Shown here: in pieces, positions 56,681 to 64,000 of the stretch
How positions within the stretch are numbered: the first letter of the stretch is position 1
Layout of the letters: each line of letters starts with the position of its first letter
Assembly: GCA_024639935.1 (NCBI GenBank)
Contig: JAHEFZ010000009.1
Span: 3,894 to 67,893 of the forward strand
Reading direction: 5' to 3'
DNA from: Microbacteriaceae bacterium
GTDB lineage: Bacteria > Actinomycetota > Actinomycetes > Actinomycetales > Microbacteriaceae
DNA: 64,000 nt
Notes under the pieces: model-generated
What the model saw: the letters and a program-made list of their open reading frames with translations, nothing else
Databases searched by the model: none
What the model was told of the DNA's origin: nothing
Position numbers and translations under genes: made by a program

Positions 56681-57880
56681 CTAAAGTTCGCTCGTTTTGG
56701 CGAAACTTTTTACCAAAATCGGGTCATACCGCCTCGCAGCGGTGATTTCCATTATCCCGTAAAGGAGTTGGTAATAGCGCACAAGTGGCAGATCCCACAC
56801 TTTTCGCACGAGTGATTCTTTCGACGGCGAAGGTCCCCAGTTCTGCCGCTCAAACTCAATCATGTCAATGTCCCTCGGCGACAATCCCGATGCTCCATAA
56901 ACGATGGCATTCCTGCCGAGTGGGTCGATCGCGGCGATAGGCACACCGTCCAGGCTCAAAAGAAAATCGCCCTCGATTCCCAACTCGTCCGCTGCTGTAC
57001 CAATGTGGGGAATGACTTGACGGCCGTCCACGGAAATCCATCGCACTTTCGCCCGCGCGCAATACTTCACAAATTTGTCACGCTCGAGCGGATCGAGATA
57101 CACAAGGACAGCGGGTGACGACACCACAATTGTCGCGGCGGGTGCGGCCTTTCGGGCACGCGCAACAGCGGAACGAATTTCCGCTACCGCGTCACCAGCG
57201 GTCAGTCTCGGCGAAGACTTCGCGACGATCCCTGCCGCCACCCGCACCAGGTCTAGGCGTTCGGCTTGCTCGGGCCACACCAGTGCCTCGAGCCAATCGC
57301 GATCGTCCGGGTTGTTCACGTCGAGCGGGCTCAGGTCGATTCCTTCACGGTGCACGATGTTCGGTCGACGAGGCGGTCTTGCCCCCCAGCCCGCAATGTC
57401 CGCTTCGAGGGACACCGGCGACGGGCCGTCCGCAGGATGAGACGTAATGGAGCGCCCCGGCGCATTCCAGTTGTAGGAATAGCGATCGGGGAAAAGCGTC
57501 AAACCGGCCGACGCGCCGACTTCGACCAGGGCAATGGGTCCGCCAATTCTGTCGAGCGCAATGAGAAGGGGGGTGCATCGACGGGGGTCATTGGTTTGGG
57601 TCGATCGCCTCTCTGCCAACGTCGCAATCGTCGGCCACAACGCGAAAAAATCGGCGCGTGCCGTTTCGAACGGTCGAAATGGAACCCCCGCGACTCGGGC
57701 GCAGGTCAGAATAAGAACGGGTTGACGTTTCGAGAGCGGAAGCGTCACGATGAGAGCAAGGATTTCCTCGTCATCCGCGATTCCACGAGCCCAATCGCGA
57801 TATCGCGGTGACTCGGCGCCTTCGGCGTTTGCGAAGCGGCGAAACCAGTCGGCGGCCCTTTCCCGCTCGCTGTTCCCCAT
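56681..57880 (-). CDS. DUF2332-like protein fused in frame to a DUF3263-like C-terminal module
   Basis: From MGNSERERAADWF. The blocks SPRYRDWARGIADDEEILALI...KRQPVLIL and LVEVGASAGLTLFPDRYSY fit DUF2332 as I recall it. The last ~67 aa (LSPRDIDMIEFERQNWGPSPSKESLVRKVWDLPLVRYYQLLYGIMEITAARRYDPILVKSF) fit DUF3263. No stop codon separates them. A possible internal TTG start lies at 56884. The track ORF continues to 58099, antisense to msrB. Confidence 0.65.
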   Translation of the reverse strand: MGNSERERAADWFRRFANAEGAESPRYRDWARGIADDEEILALIVTLPLSKRQPVLILTCARVAGVPFRPFETARADFFALWPTIATLAERRSTQTNDPRRCTPLLIALDRIGGPIALVEVGASAGLTLFPDRYSYNWNAPGRSITSHPADGPSPVSLEADIAGWGARPPRRPNIVHREGIDLSPLDVNNPDDRDWLEALVWPEQAERLDLVRVAAGIVAKSSPRLTAGDAVAEIRSAVARARKAAPAATIVVSSPAVLVYLDPLERDKFVKYCARAKVRWISVDGRQVIPHIGTAADELGIEGDFLLSLDGVPIAAIDPLGRNAIVYGASGLSPRDIDMIEFERQNWGPSPSKESLVRKVWDLPLVRYYQLLYGIMEITAARRYDPILVKSFAKTSEL

Positions 57881-57901
57881 GTTTCCGAGTTTAATGGTGA
57901 C

Positions 57902-58309
57902 ATGAGCGATAACCCGATGGAACGTACCGAAGCGGAATGGCGAGAAGCACTCACCCCCGAACAATTTCACGTGTTGCGTGAGGCGGGGACCGAGCGACCC
58001 TGGACGGGCGAACTCCTCGAAGAAGATCGTGCGGGGCTCTACACGTGTGGCGGATGTCATGCCGAGCTCTTCGTCGCCGGCACGAAATTTGACAGCCACT
58101 GCGGTTGGCCGTCGTTCTACGACACGATCAACCCCGATGCTGTCCTACTGCTCGACGACAACACCCTGGGACAAACCCGAACCGAGGTGCGGTGCGCCTC
58201 GTGCAACGGTCACCTGGGCCACGTTTTCCCCGACGGTTTCGGCACTCCGACGGGACTCCGATACTGCATGAACTCCGTGTCGTTGGCGTTCACGCCCGAG
58301 ACTCCATAA
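57902..58309 (+). CDS. msrB: peptide-methionine (R)-S-oxide reductase
   Basis: 135 aa. CxxC...CxxC zinc site (CGGC, CASC) and the GHLGHVF and RYCMNS catalytic blocks. Confidence 0.93.
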   Translation: MSDNPMERTEAEWREALTPEQFHVLREAGTERPWTGELLEEDRAGLYTCGGCHAELFVAGTKFDSHCGWPSFYDTINPDAVLLLDDNTLGQTRTEVRCASCNGHLGHVFPDGFGTPTGLRYCMNSVSLAFTPETP

Positions 58310-58663
58310 ATGACAAAGCATCGAATTTTCGGGACTTCATTCTCCGTTGTTTATCCGTTGTATCGTGCCAAATTGATTCGCAAGGGGCACACCGAGCAGG
58401 AATTGCGGATAGTCATCACCTGGCTCACGGGGTTCACCGACACCGAAATCGACGACCACCTCGAACGCGAGACGAACTTCGCCGACTTCTTCGCGGCAGC
58501 CAGACTCAACGTCAATGCGTCAGATATTCGTGGTGTCATCTGCGGGATACGCGTGGAAGAGATTAGCGATCCGCTGATGCAGAAAATCCGTTTTCTCGAC
58601 AAATTGGTCGACGAGGTCGGAAACGGCAAAAAGATGACGTCCATCTTGCGAGGCTCGAACTAA
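58310..58663 (+). CDS. DUF2200-like protein
   Basis: 117 aa. HRIFGTSFSVVYPLYRAKLIRKGHTEQELRIVITWLTGF matches my recollection of DUF2200. The start abuts the msrB stop (TAAATG). Confidence 0.7.
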   Translation: MTKHRIFGTSFSVVYPLYRAKLIRKGHTEQELRIVITWLTGFTDTEIDDHLERETNFADFFAAARLNVNASDIRGVICGIRVEEISDPLMQKIRFLDKLVDEVGNGKKMTSILRGSN

Positions 58664-58664
58664 C

Positions 58665-58739
58665 TGGAGCCTCGAGTGAGGATTGAACTCACGACCCCTT
58701 CATTACGAGTGAAGTGCTCTACCACTGAGCTATCGAGGC
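58665..58739 (-). tRNA. tRNA-Thr (anticodon CGT), CCA encoded
   Basis: Hand-folded: acceptor GCCTCGA/TCGAGGC, D arm GCTC-AGTGGTA-GAGC, anticodon loop CTCGTAA, T arm GTGAG-TTCAATC-CTCAC, then T73 and CCA. Confidence 0.9.
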
Positions 58740-58788
58740 ATCGCCGTTTCGGCAACCGCATTAGGTTATCACGGGCGCGCGCCGGAGA

Positions 58789-59928
58789 TTAAAGAGTTGC
58801 AACTCCACTGGCCTCGACGAATAAGGCCTCGAGCGACAACAGCGGGGTCACGTTTCGTTCGATTCGTCCGCGTGCCACATCGATTGCGTCCAGAACTCGA
58901 ACCGCGTGAGCCGCATCGTGATGGGTGAGCCAGGCGGCGATACCGTCGGCACATTCGGGGTTGGTGAGAGGCACCTCTCCACCGAGCGCGACGACGAGAA
59001 TGTCACGGTACAGCGATTCGAGGTCAGTCAGCACTCGATCGACTCCGTCCCGCAATGATCGGGTCGACCTGCGTTTTTGGTTCTCTTCAAGATTTTTGAC
59101 CTGAGGTCGGAGACCGATGGGGACCGCCTCGCCGGGAGCGAGCCCGAGCGAACCCAGAAATTCCGAACGTTCTGATTCGTCGCGTGCTTCGGTGTACGCC
59201 GTTGCGTCATCGGTGGCAAGCCTGACGATCTCGGCCGCCGCGTTGACGGCTTCCGACACGGCTCGGATTCCGAGAACAAGGGCCAGGCTGCGAGATCGAC
59301 GCTCGCGAGCCTCTGGTGCCGTTGCAAGGCGACGAGCCATCCCGATGTGACCCTGGGCATGACGCGCCGACTGTTCGGCGATCGCCGCGTCGACTCCGTC
59401 ACGCACAACGAGCATTGCCGCGATATCGGCGATGGGCGGAACCCCTAGACGCACACTGTGGACACGGGATCGAACAGTGGGAATCACGTCCGCTTCGCTT
59501 GGTGCACACAGTATCCAAATTGTTCGCGCGGCTGGCTCCTCTAGTGCCTTGAGGAGGACATTTGAGGTACGTTCCGCCATCCGGTCAGAATCTTCGATAA
59601 TGATGATTCGCCACGACGAGGCAACGGGTGAACGATACGACGCTTCGACGAGGTCTCGAACCTCATCAATGGGAATCAAAACCCGATCGGTTGCGAGAAC
59701 GGTAAGGTCCGGGTGGGTGAGCCCGCGCACTTGCCGGTCTACGACGTCCGTCTCTGCGCCCGCGCCCAAAAGTTCGGCCGCAAACGCCCTGGCGACCAAC
59801 GACCGGCCGGAGCCAGCGGGGCCGGTGATGAGCCATGCCTGGGCAAGCGTGTCGGGGCTCGCAGCCGAGGCACGCATCTGTGCGATGACGGCATCGTGTC
59901 CGACGAGGTCATCCCACAGATTTGTCAC
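58789..59928 (-). CDS. holB: DNA polymerase III subunit delta'
   Basis: 379 aa. AWLITGPAGSGRS Walker-A-like clamp-loader motif, then IIIIEDSDRM and the SRVHSVRL sensor. tmk-holB order with a 4-nt overlap. Confidence 0.88.
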   Translation of the reverse strand: MTNLWDDLVGHDAVIAQMRASAASPDTLAQAWLITGPAGSGRSLVARAFAAELLGAGAETDVVDRQVRGLTHPDLTVLATDRVLIPIDEVRDLVEASYRSPVASSWRIIIIEDSDRMAERTSNVLLKALEEPAARTIWILCAPSEADVIPTVRSRVHSVRLGVPPIADIAAMLVVRDGVDAAIAEQSARHAQGHIGMARRLATAPEARERRSRSLALVLGIRAVSEAVNAAAEIVRLATDDATAYTEARDESERSEFLGSLGLAPGEAVPIGLRPQVKNLEENQKRRSTRSLRDGVDRVLTDLESLYRDILVVALGGEVPLTNPECADGIAAWLTHHDAAHAVRVLDAIDVARGRIERNVTPLLSLEALFVEASGVATL

Positions 59929-60542
59929 GACAATTCGTCCAAACGCGCGATGATCGCATCGCGAATCATCTCGCGATCCAAGGTCGCATCGATGACCAGG
60001 AAACGCTCGGGCTCTTCGGCGGCCATCGCCAGATAAGCACCGCGCACTCGCGTGTGGAATTCCAACGCTTCTGCCTCAAGTCGATCGAATTCCTTATTCG
60101 CGGCATCCAATCGGTCTCGTCCAATCGTCGGATCGAGATCGAGTACCACCGTGACATCGGGGACGAGTCCCTCGGTCGCCCACATGCTCACGTGACGCAC
60201 TTCGGCCGGATCGAGCACGCGCCCTGCCCCCTGATAGGCAACGGAGGAATCGAGGTAACGATCTTGAATCACGACGGCCCCGCGTTCAAGAGCTGGACGA
60301 ACAACCGTCGCGACGTGATGGGCGCGATCCGCCGCATACAGCAAGGCCTCAGCGCGCGGTGCAATGTGCCCCCGCGAATGCAACACGATTTCGCGCAATT
60401 CGTTTCCCAGATCGGTCCCACCCGGTTCACGTGTGAAAACGACCTCTCGTCCCTTTGCGGTGAACCAGTCTCCGATGAGTGCGGACTGGGTGCTTTTGCC
60501 CGTCCCGTCGCCACCCTCGAGCGTGATAAAAAGTCCGGTCAT
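59925..60542 (-). CDS. tmk: dTMP (thymidylate) kinase
   Basis: 205 aa. FITLEGGDGTGKSTQ P-loop, then REPGGT and DRYLDSSVAYQG. Confidence 0.92.
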   Translation of the reverse strand: MTGLFITLEGGDGTGKSTQSALIGDWFTAKGREVVFTREPGGTDLGNELREIVLHSRGHIAPRAEALLYAADRAHHVATVVRPALERGAVVIQDRYLDSSVAYQGAGRVLDPAEVRHVSMWATEGLVPDVTVVLDLDPTIGRDRLDAANKEFDRLEAEALEFHTRVRGAYLAMAAEEPERFLVIDATLDREMIRDAIIARLDELS

Positions 60543-63208
60543 TTCTTGGCTCGGGTTACTCGACGGATGGGCGTCCTTTTCGGTGCAGGACCTTTGGCGC
60601 GACGGTCGGCGATGAGTTCGACCGCGCGCTCGTGCGAGACCTCTTCCGGGACCTCACCGGCAGGAATCGTCGCGTTAGTCTCGCCATCCGTCACATACGG
60701 GCCGAATTTACCGCTCTTGACCTTGATCGGCTTTCCGCTCACCGGATCGGGCTCAAGTTCCTTGATGCTCGACGCCGAACGAGAGCCATATTTAGGTTGA
60801 GCAAACAGTTCAAGCGCTTGCTCAAGAGTCACATCAAAGATGGCCTGTTCGTTCTCGAGCGAACGCGAGTCGGTTCCCTTCTTGAGGTAAGGACCGTATG
60901 GACCATTCTGTGCTGTGATCGGCTTCTCTGTTTCCGGGTCGGTTCCCACAATGCGGGGTAGTTCAAACAACCGGATGCATGTTTCCAGGTCGACCGCGGT
61001 CGGGTCCATCGTCGAGAACAACGACGCGGTTCGCGGTTTCGGATCTTTGCCCTTGATCTTGCGTGGAGTGTATTCGGGCAGAGAGTACACCGGCTCGTTG
61101 CCCTCGAGTATTTCCGGGTCGATCGGGCTTTCTTGGATATACCCACCGAATCGCCCGACGCGGGCCGTGATCATATTGGTCCCGTCAGCACTCACGCCGA
61201 TTGCACGGGAACCCGGCTCGGGGGCGTCCCGCAGCTCGCGCGCTTTCTCGAGCGTCAATTCATCAGGAGCAAGTCCATCCGGTACCGAAACATTTCGCTT
61301 TTCCTCTTCGCCAGTCTGGATTTCGAGGTACGGCCCGAATTTGCCACTTCGGACGACAATGCCGTCACCCAGCGGAAAGGAGTTTGCCTCGCGCGCGTCG
61401 ATAGTGGCCTTCCAGTCGACACAGGTGTTGACAAGGCCAGCGTGCTCGCCAGTGCCGAAGTACCACTGCTGTAGGTAATCAGTTCCCTTGAGTTCCCCAA
61501 CCGAGATGCGGTCGAGGTCGTTTTCGAGTTCGGCGGTGAAGTCATATTCGACGAAGTCCGTGTAGAAGCGTTCGAGCAACGAGATCACAGCGAATGCCGT
61601 CCAGCCGGGAACGAGAGCGGTCCCACGCTTTGTCACATATCCGCGTTCGAAGAGAACTCCGATGATCGAGGCATAAGTGGACGGACGGCCTATGCCCCTT
61701 TCTTCGAGTGCCTTGACGAGGCTGGCCTCGGTGAATCTCGGTGGCGGTGACGTTTCATGCGGTTTAGGAGTCACGTCGGGAACGGTGAGAAGGTCACCGA
61801 CCGAAAGGTTTGGAATCTTGGCGTCGTCGTCGGAATCGTCGTCATTACGGTCGAGGTCTTGGCCTTCTTCGTAGGCGGCGAGGAATCCGCGAATCGTGAT
61901 GGTCGTGCCCGCGGCGGACATCGTCACGTTTCCGAGCAGTCCGACGGGTGCCGTCATCGTGACGGAAACGGTTTCACCGGTCGCGTCAACCATCTGCGAG
62001 GCCACGGTTCGCTTCCAAATCAAGTCATACAGCCGAAACTCGTCTGCGGACAGCAGTTTGCGCATGTCGTCGGGAGTTTTGAACGTATCCCCCGCCGGTC
62101 GAATGGCCTCGTGTGCTTCTTGTGCGTTCTTAACTTTGGACTGGTACGTACGGGGCTGAGCGGGAATCGACGCCTCGCCATACAGAGCTACCGCCTGTGC
62201 GCGAGCCGCCGAGACAGCTTGTGCCGACAGTGAAATCGAGTCGGTTCGCATGTACGTGATGTGGCCGTTTTGGTAAAGGCTCTGTGCGACGCGCATGGTG
62301 TCACGCGAGCCGAGACGTAACTTGCGACCAGCCTCTTGCTGCAATGTCGACGTCGTGAATGGCGCCGCGGGGCGGCGTGTGTAGGGCTTCGCCTCGATGG
62401 CGGACACGGTCGGGACAGCGATCTCGAGGGATTGGGCTAACTGCCGTGCCGTCGCCTCGTCAAGAACTGTCGCCGTCGTGGTCAGTTTTCCGTTGTCATC
62501 AAAGTCGCGGCCGGTGGCAAGCTTGGCGTCGGCCAATTTGGTCACCTTCACGCCGAATGATTCACCCTGCTTAGTCATAACCGTTGCCACAACATCCCAA
62601 TACGACGCCGCGGTAAACGCTTGTCGTTCACGCTCGCGCTCTACGATGAGGCGCAACGCCGGCGATTGCACTCGGCCCGCGCTCAGCCCACGTCCAACTT
62701 TGCTCCAGAGCACGGGCGACAGCTGGTACCCGAAAAGCCGGTCGAGAATTCGACGGGTTTCCTGCGCGTCGACGAGCGGCATGTCGATTTCACGGGGGTT
62801 TTCCACCGCCGCCGTGATCGCGTCGTTGGTGATTTCGTGAAACACCATTCGTTTAACGGGCACCTTTGGCTTCAAAATCTCGAGCAGGTGCCACGCGATG
62901 GATTCCCCCTCGCGGTCTTCATCGGTTGCGAGAAGCAATTGGTCGGCGTTTTTCAGCGCTTTTTTGATTTCCGTGATCGTTGACTTGGCTCTTGGTGTCT
63001 CTATATATAAAGGTGAGAATCCGTGTTCAATATCAACACCGAATTGGCCGTGCGTCGGTTTGAGTTCCGCCGGCACTTCCTTGGGCTGCACAAGATCTCG
63101 GACATGGCCGACCGAGGCCAAAACCTCGTACCCATCGCCAAGGTATTTCGCGATGGTTTTCGCCTTCGCGGGTGATTCCACGATGACGAGCGTGTGCTTA
63201 TCAGCCAC
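60539..63208 (-). CDS. topA: DNA topoisomerase I (type IA)
   Basis: 889 aa. TOPRIM start LVIVESPAKAKTI, the DEDREGE acidic cluster, the active-site region ITYMRTDS, and a basic C-terminal tail typical of actinobacterial TopA. Confidence 0.96.
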   Translation of the reverse strand: MADKHTLVIVESPAKAKTIAKYLGDGYEVLASVGHVRDLVQPKEVPAELKPTHGQFGVDIEHGFSPLYIETPRAKSTITEIKKALKNADQLLLATDEDREGESIAWHLLEILKPKVPVKRMVFHEITNDAITAAVENPREIDMPLVDAQETRRILDRLFGYQLSPVLWSKVGRGLSAGRVQSPALRLIVERERERQAFTAASYWDVVATVMTKQGESFGVKVTKLADAKLATGRDFDDNGKLTTTATVLDEATARQLAQSLEIAVPTVSAIEAKPYTRRPAAPFTTSTLQQEAGRKLRLGSRDTMRVAQSLYQNGHITYMRTDSISLSAQAVSAARAQAVALYGEASIPAQPRTYQSKVKNAQEAHEAIRPAGDTFKTPDDMRKLLSADEFRLYDLIWKRTVASQMVDATGETVSVTMTAPVGLLGNVTMSAAGTTITIRGFLAAYEEGQDLDRNDDDSDDDAKIPNLSVGDLLTVPDVTPKPHETSPPPRFTEASLVKALEERGIGRPSTYASIIGVLFERGYVTKRGTALVPGWTAFAVISLLERFYTDFVEYDFTAELENDLDRISVGELKGTDYLQQWYFGTGEHAGLVNTCVDWKATIDAREANSFPLGDGIVVRSGKFGPYLEIQTGEEEKRNVSVPDGLAPDELTLEKARELRDAPEPGSRAIGVSADGTNMITARVGRFGGYIQESPIDPEILEGNEPVYSLPEYTPRKIKGKDPKPRTASLFSTMDPTAVDLETCIRLFELPRIVGTDPETEKPITAQNGPYGPYLKKGTDSRSLENEQAIFDVTLEQALELFAQPKYGSRSASSIKELEPDPVSGKPIKVKSGKFGPYVTDGETNATIPAGEVPEEVSHERAVELIADRRAKGPAPKRTPIRRVTRAKK

Positions 63209-63440
63209 AGTTCTCCTTTTTCTGCCCTACGGCGAGAGTACCCCGAGCCTCCGAGATGCCCCTCCCGCCAGAGCGCAACTTGTTTGCGATTAGCGACTAT
63301 ACACAGCCTGTCAACGCCAATGAACAATCGACTATTCCCGTGGCGTGGCGAAATGGTCGCTGGGCGGCAATGTTTCAGGAGGGCTTTTGTTTCGCTAAGG
63401 TAGTGAGAAATATGCGCAACGACGCGTGAGGAGAAGTGGC

Positions 63441-64000
63441 ATGAGCACCCAACCGGCGATTCGCCTGACTGGTTTGACGAAGTCTTTTAGCTCGGTCAAT
63501 GCCGTCAACGGAGTCACTCTAGACATCGCCCCCGGGGAGTTCTTTTCCATGCTCGGACCATCCGGCTCGGGAAAAACAACAGTGCTTCGCATGATTGCTG
63601 GTTTCGAGACGCCGACCTCGGGGACCGTCGAATTGTTTGGAAGAGATGTGACAAAAGACGCGCCGTTTGACCGCGATGTCAATACTGTCTTCCAGGATTA
63701 TGCCTTGTTTCCTCACATGAGCGTTCTCGAAAATGTTGCCTACGGGCTTCGTGTCCGCGGAGTCAAAGTCGACGCACGCAACAACGCCGCTCGAGATGCC
63801 CTCGCACTTGTTCGCCTCGAGGGCTTCGGTAACCGTAAACCGACTCAGCTCTCTGGCGGACAACGCCAACGTGTCGCTCTGGCCCGTGCGTTAGTCGTTG
63901 AACCGAAAGTGTTGCTCCTTGACGAACCACTGGGTGCGCTTGACCTCAAATTGCGCGAACAGATGCAGGTCGAACTGAAAGAAATCCAACGCCGTCTGGG
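63441..64000 (+). CDS. ABC importer ATP-binding protein (PotA/CysA-like), N-terminal part; runs off the window end
   Basis: Translation from the ATG at 63441 gives [16 protein letters not shown]...GPSGSGKTT (Walker A), [11 protein letters not shown] (Q-loop), [15 protein letters not shown] (signature) and LLLDEP (Walker B). No stop within the window. Confidence 0.88.
   Translation, partial: MSTQPAIRLTGLTKSFSSVNAVNGVTLDIAPGEFFSMLGPSGSGKTTVLRMIAGFETPTSGTVELFGRDVTKDAPFDRDVNTVFQDYALFPHMSVLENVAYGLRVRGVKVDARNNAARDALALVRLEGFGNRKPTQLSGGQRQRVALARALVVEPKVLLLDEPLGALDLKLREQMQVELKEIQRRL

Noticed and set aside
57881-58099. N-terminal 73-codon extension of the DUF2332 ORF
   Set aside because: It is antisense to msrB, which has clear CxxC and catalytic motifs. 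The DUF2332-like homology begins at MGNSER (ATG at 57880).

Overview
High-GC actinobacterial chromosomal core region, with gene order like the M. tuberculosis metS-tatD-ksgA-ispE / pth-rplY / prsA-glmU / mfd-mazG and XPB-cspB-serC neighbourhoods. It is densely packed with housekeeping genes, many translationally coupled by 4-nt overlaps. I call about 60 CDS, including mazG (partial), mfd, pth, rplY, gnd, prs, glmU, ABC-F, lspA, ispE, rsmA, tatD, metG, rsmI, pmt, nrdAB, ugd, kynU-kynA, rimJ-like, galU, serC, csp, XPB helicase, groEL, msrB, holB, tmk, topA and a partial ABC ATPase. There are 4 tRNAs: Gln-TTG, Ala-CGC, Arg-CCT and Thr-CGT. Regulatory calls are two CIRCE operators upstream of groEL, NrdR-box-like palindromes upstream of nrdA, and two clear intrinsic terminators. 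No rRNA, CRISPR array, transposase or integrase was seen. Items worth a second look: (1) an AT-rich ~2.7 kb islet (6.66-9.34 kb) of three orphan ORFs, one with a uracil-DNA-glycosylase-superfamily-like motif layout, which is the best candidate for an undescribed acquired module; (2) a nested-helix structured RNA plus intrinsic terminator directly upstream of an HNH endonuclease gene, loosely resembling the c-di-AMP (ydaO) riboswitch; (3) a 74-bp tandem duplication that reiterates the 3' end of tRNA-Arg, next to a 1211-aa DUF4011/SF1-helicase-like protein whose Walker A Lys and Walker B Glu are both replaced; (4) an inverted-repeat, 24-bp tandem and G-quadruplex-motif element at the rsmA/ispE junction that lengthens the rsmA reading frame; (5) an in-frame DUF2332-DUF3263 fusion. 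All functional calls come from reading translated motifs by eye. No database search was run.
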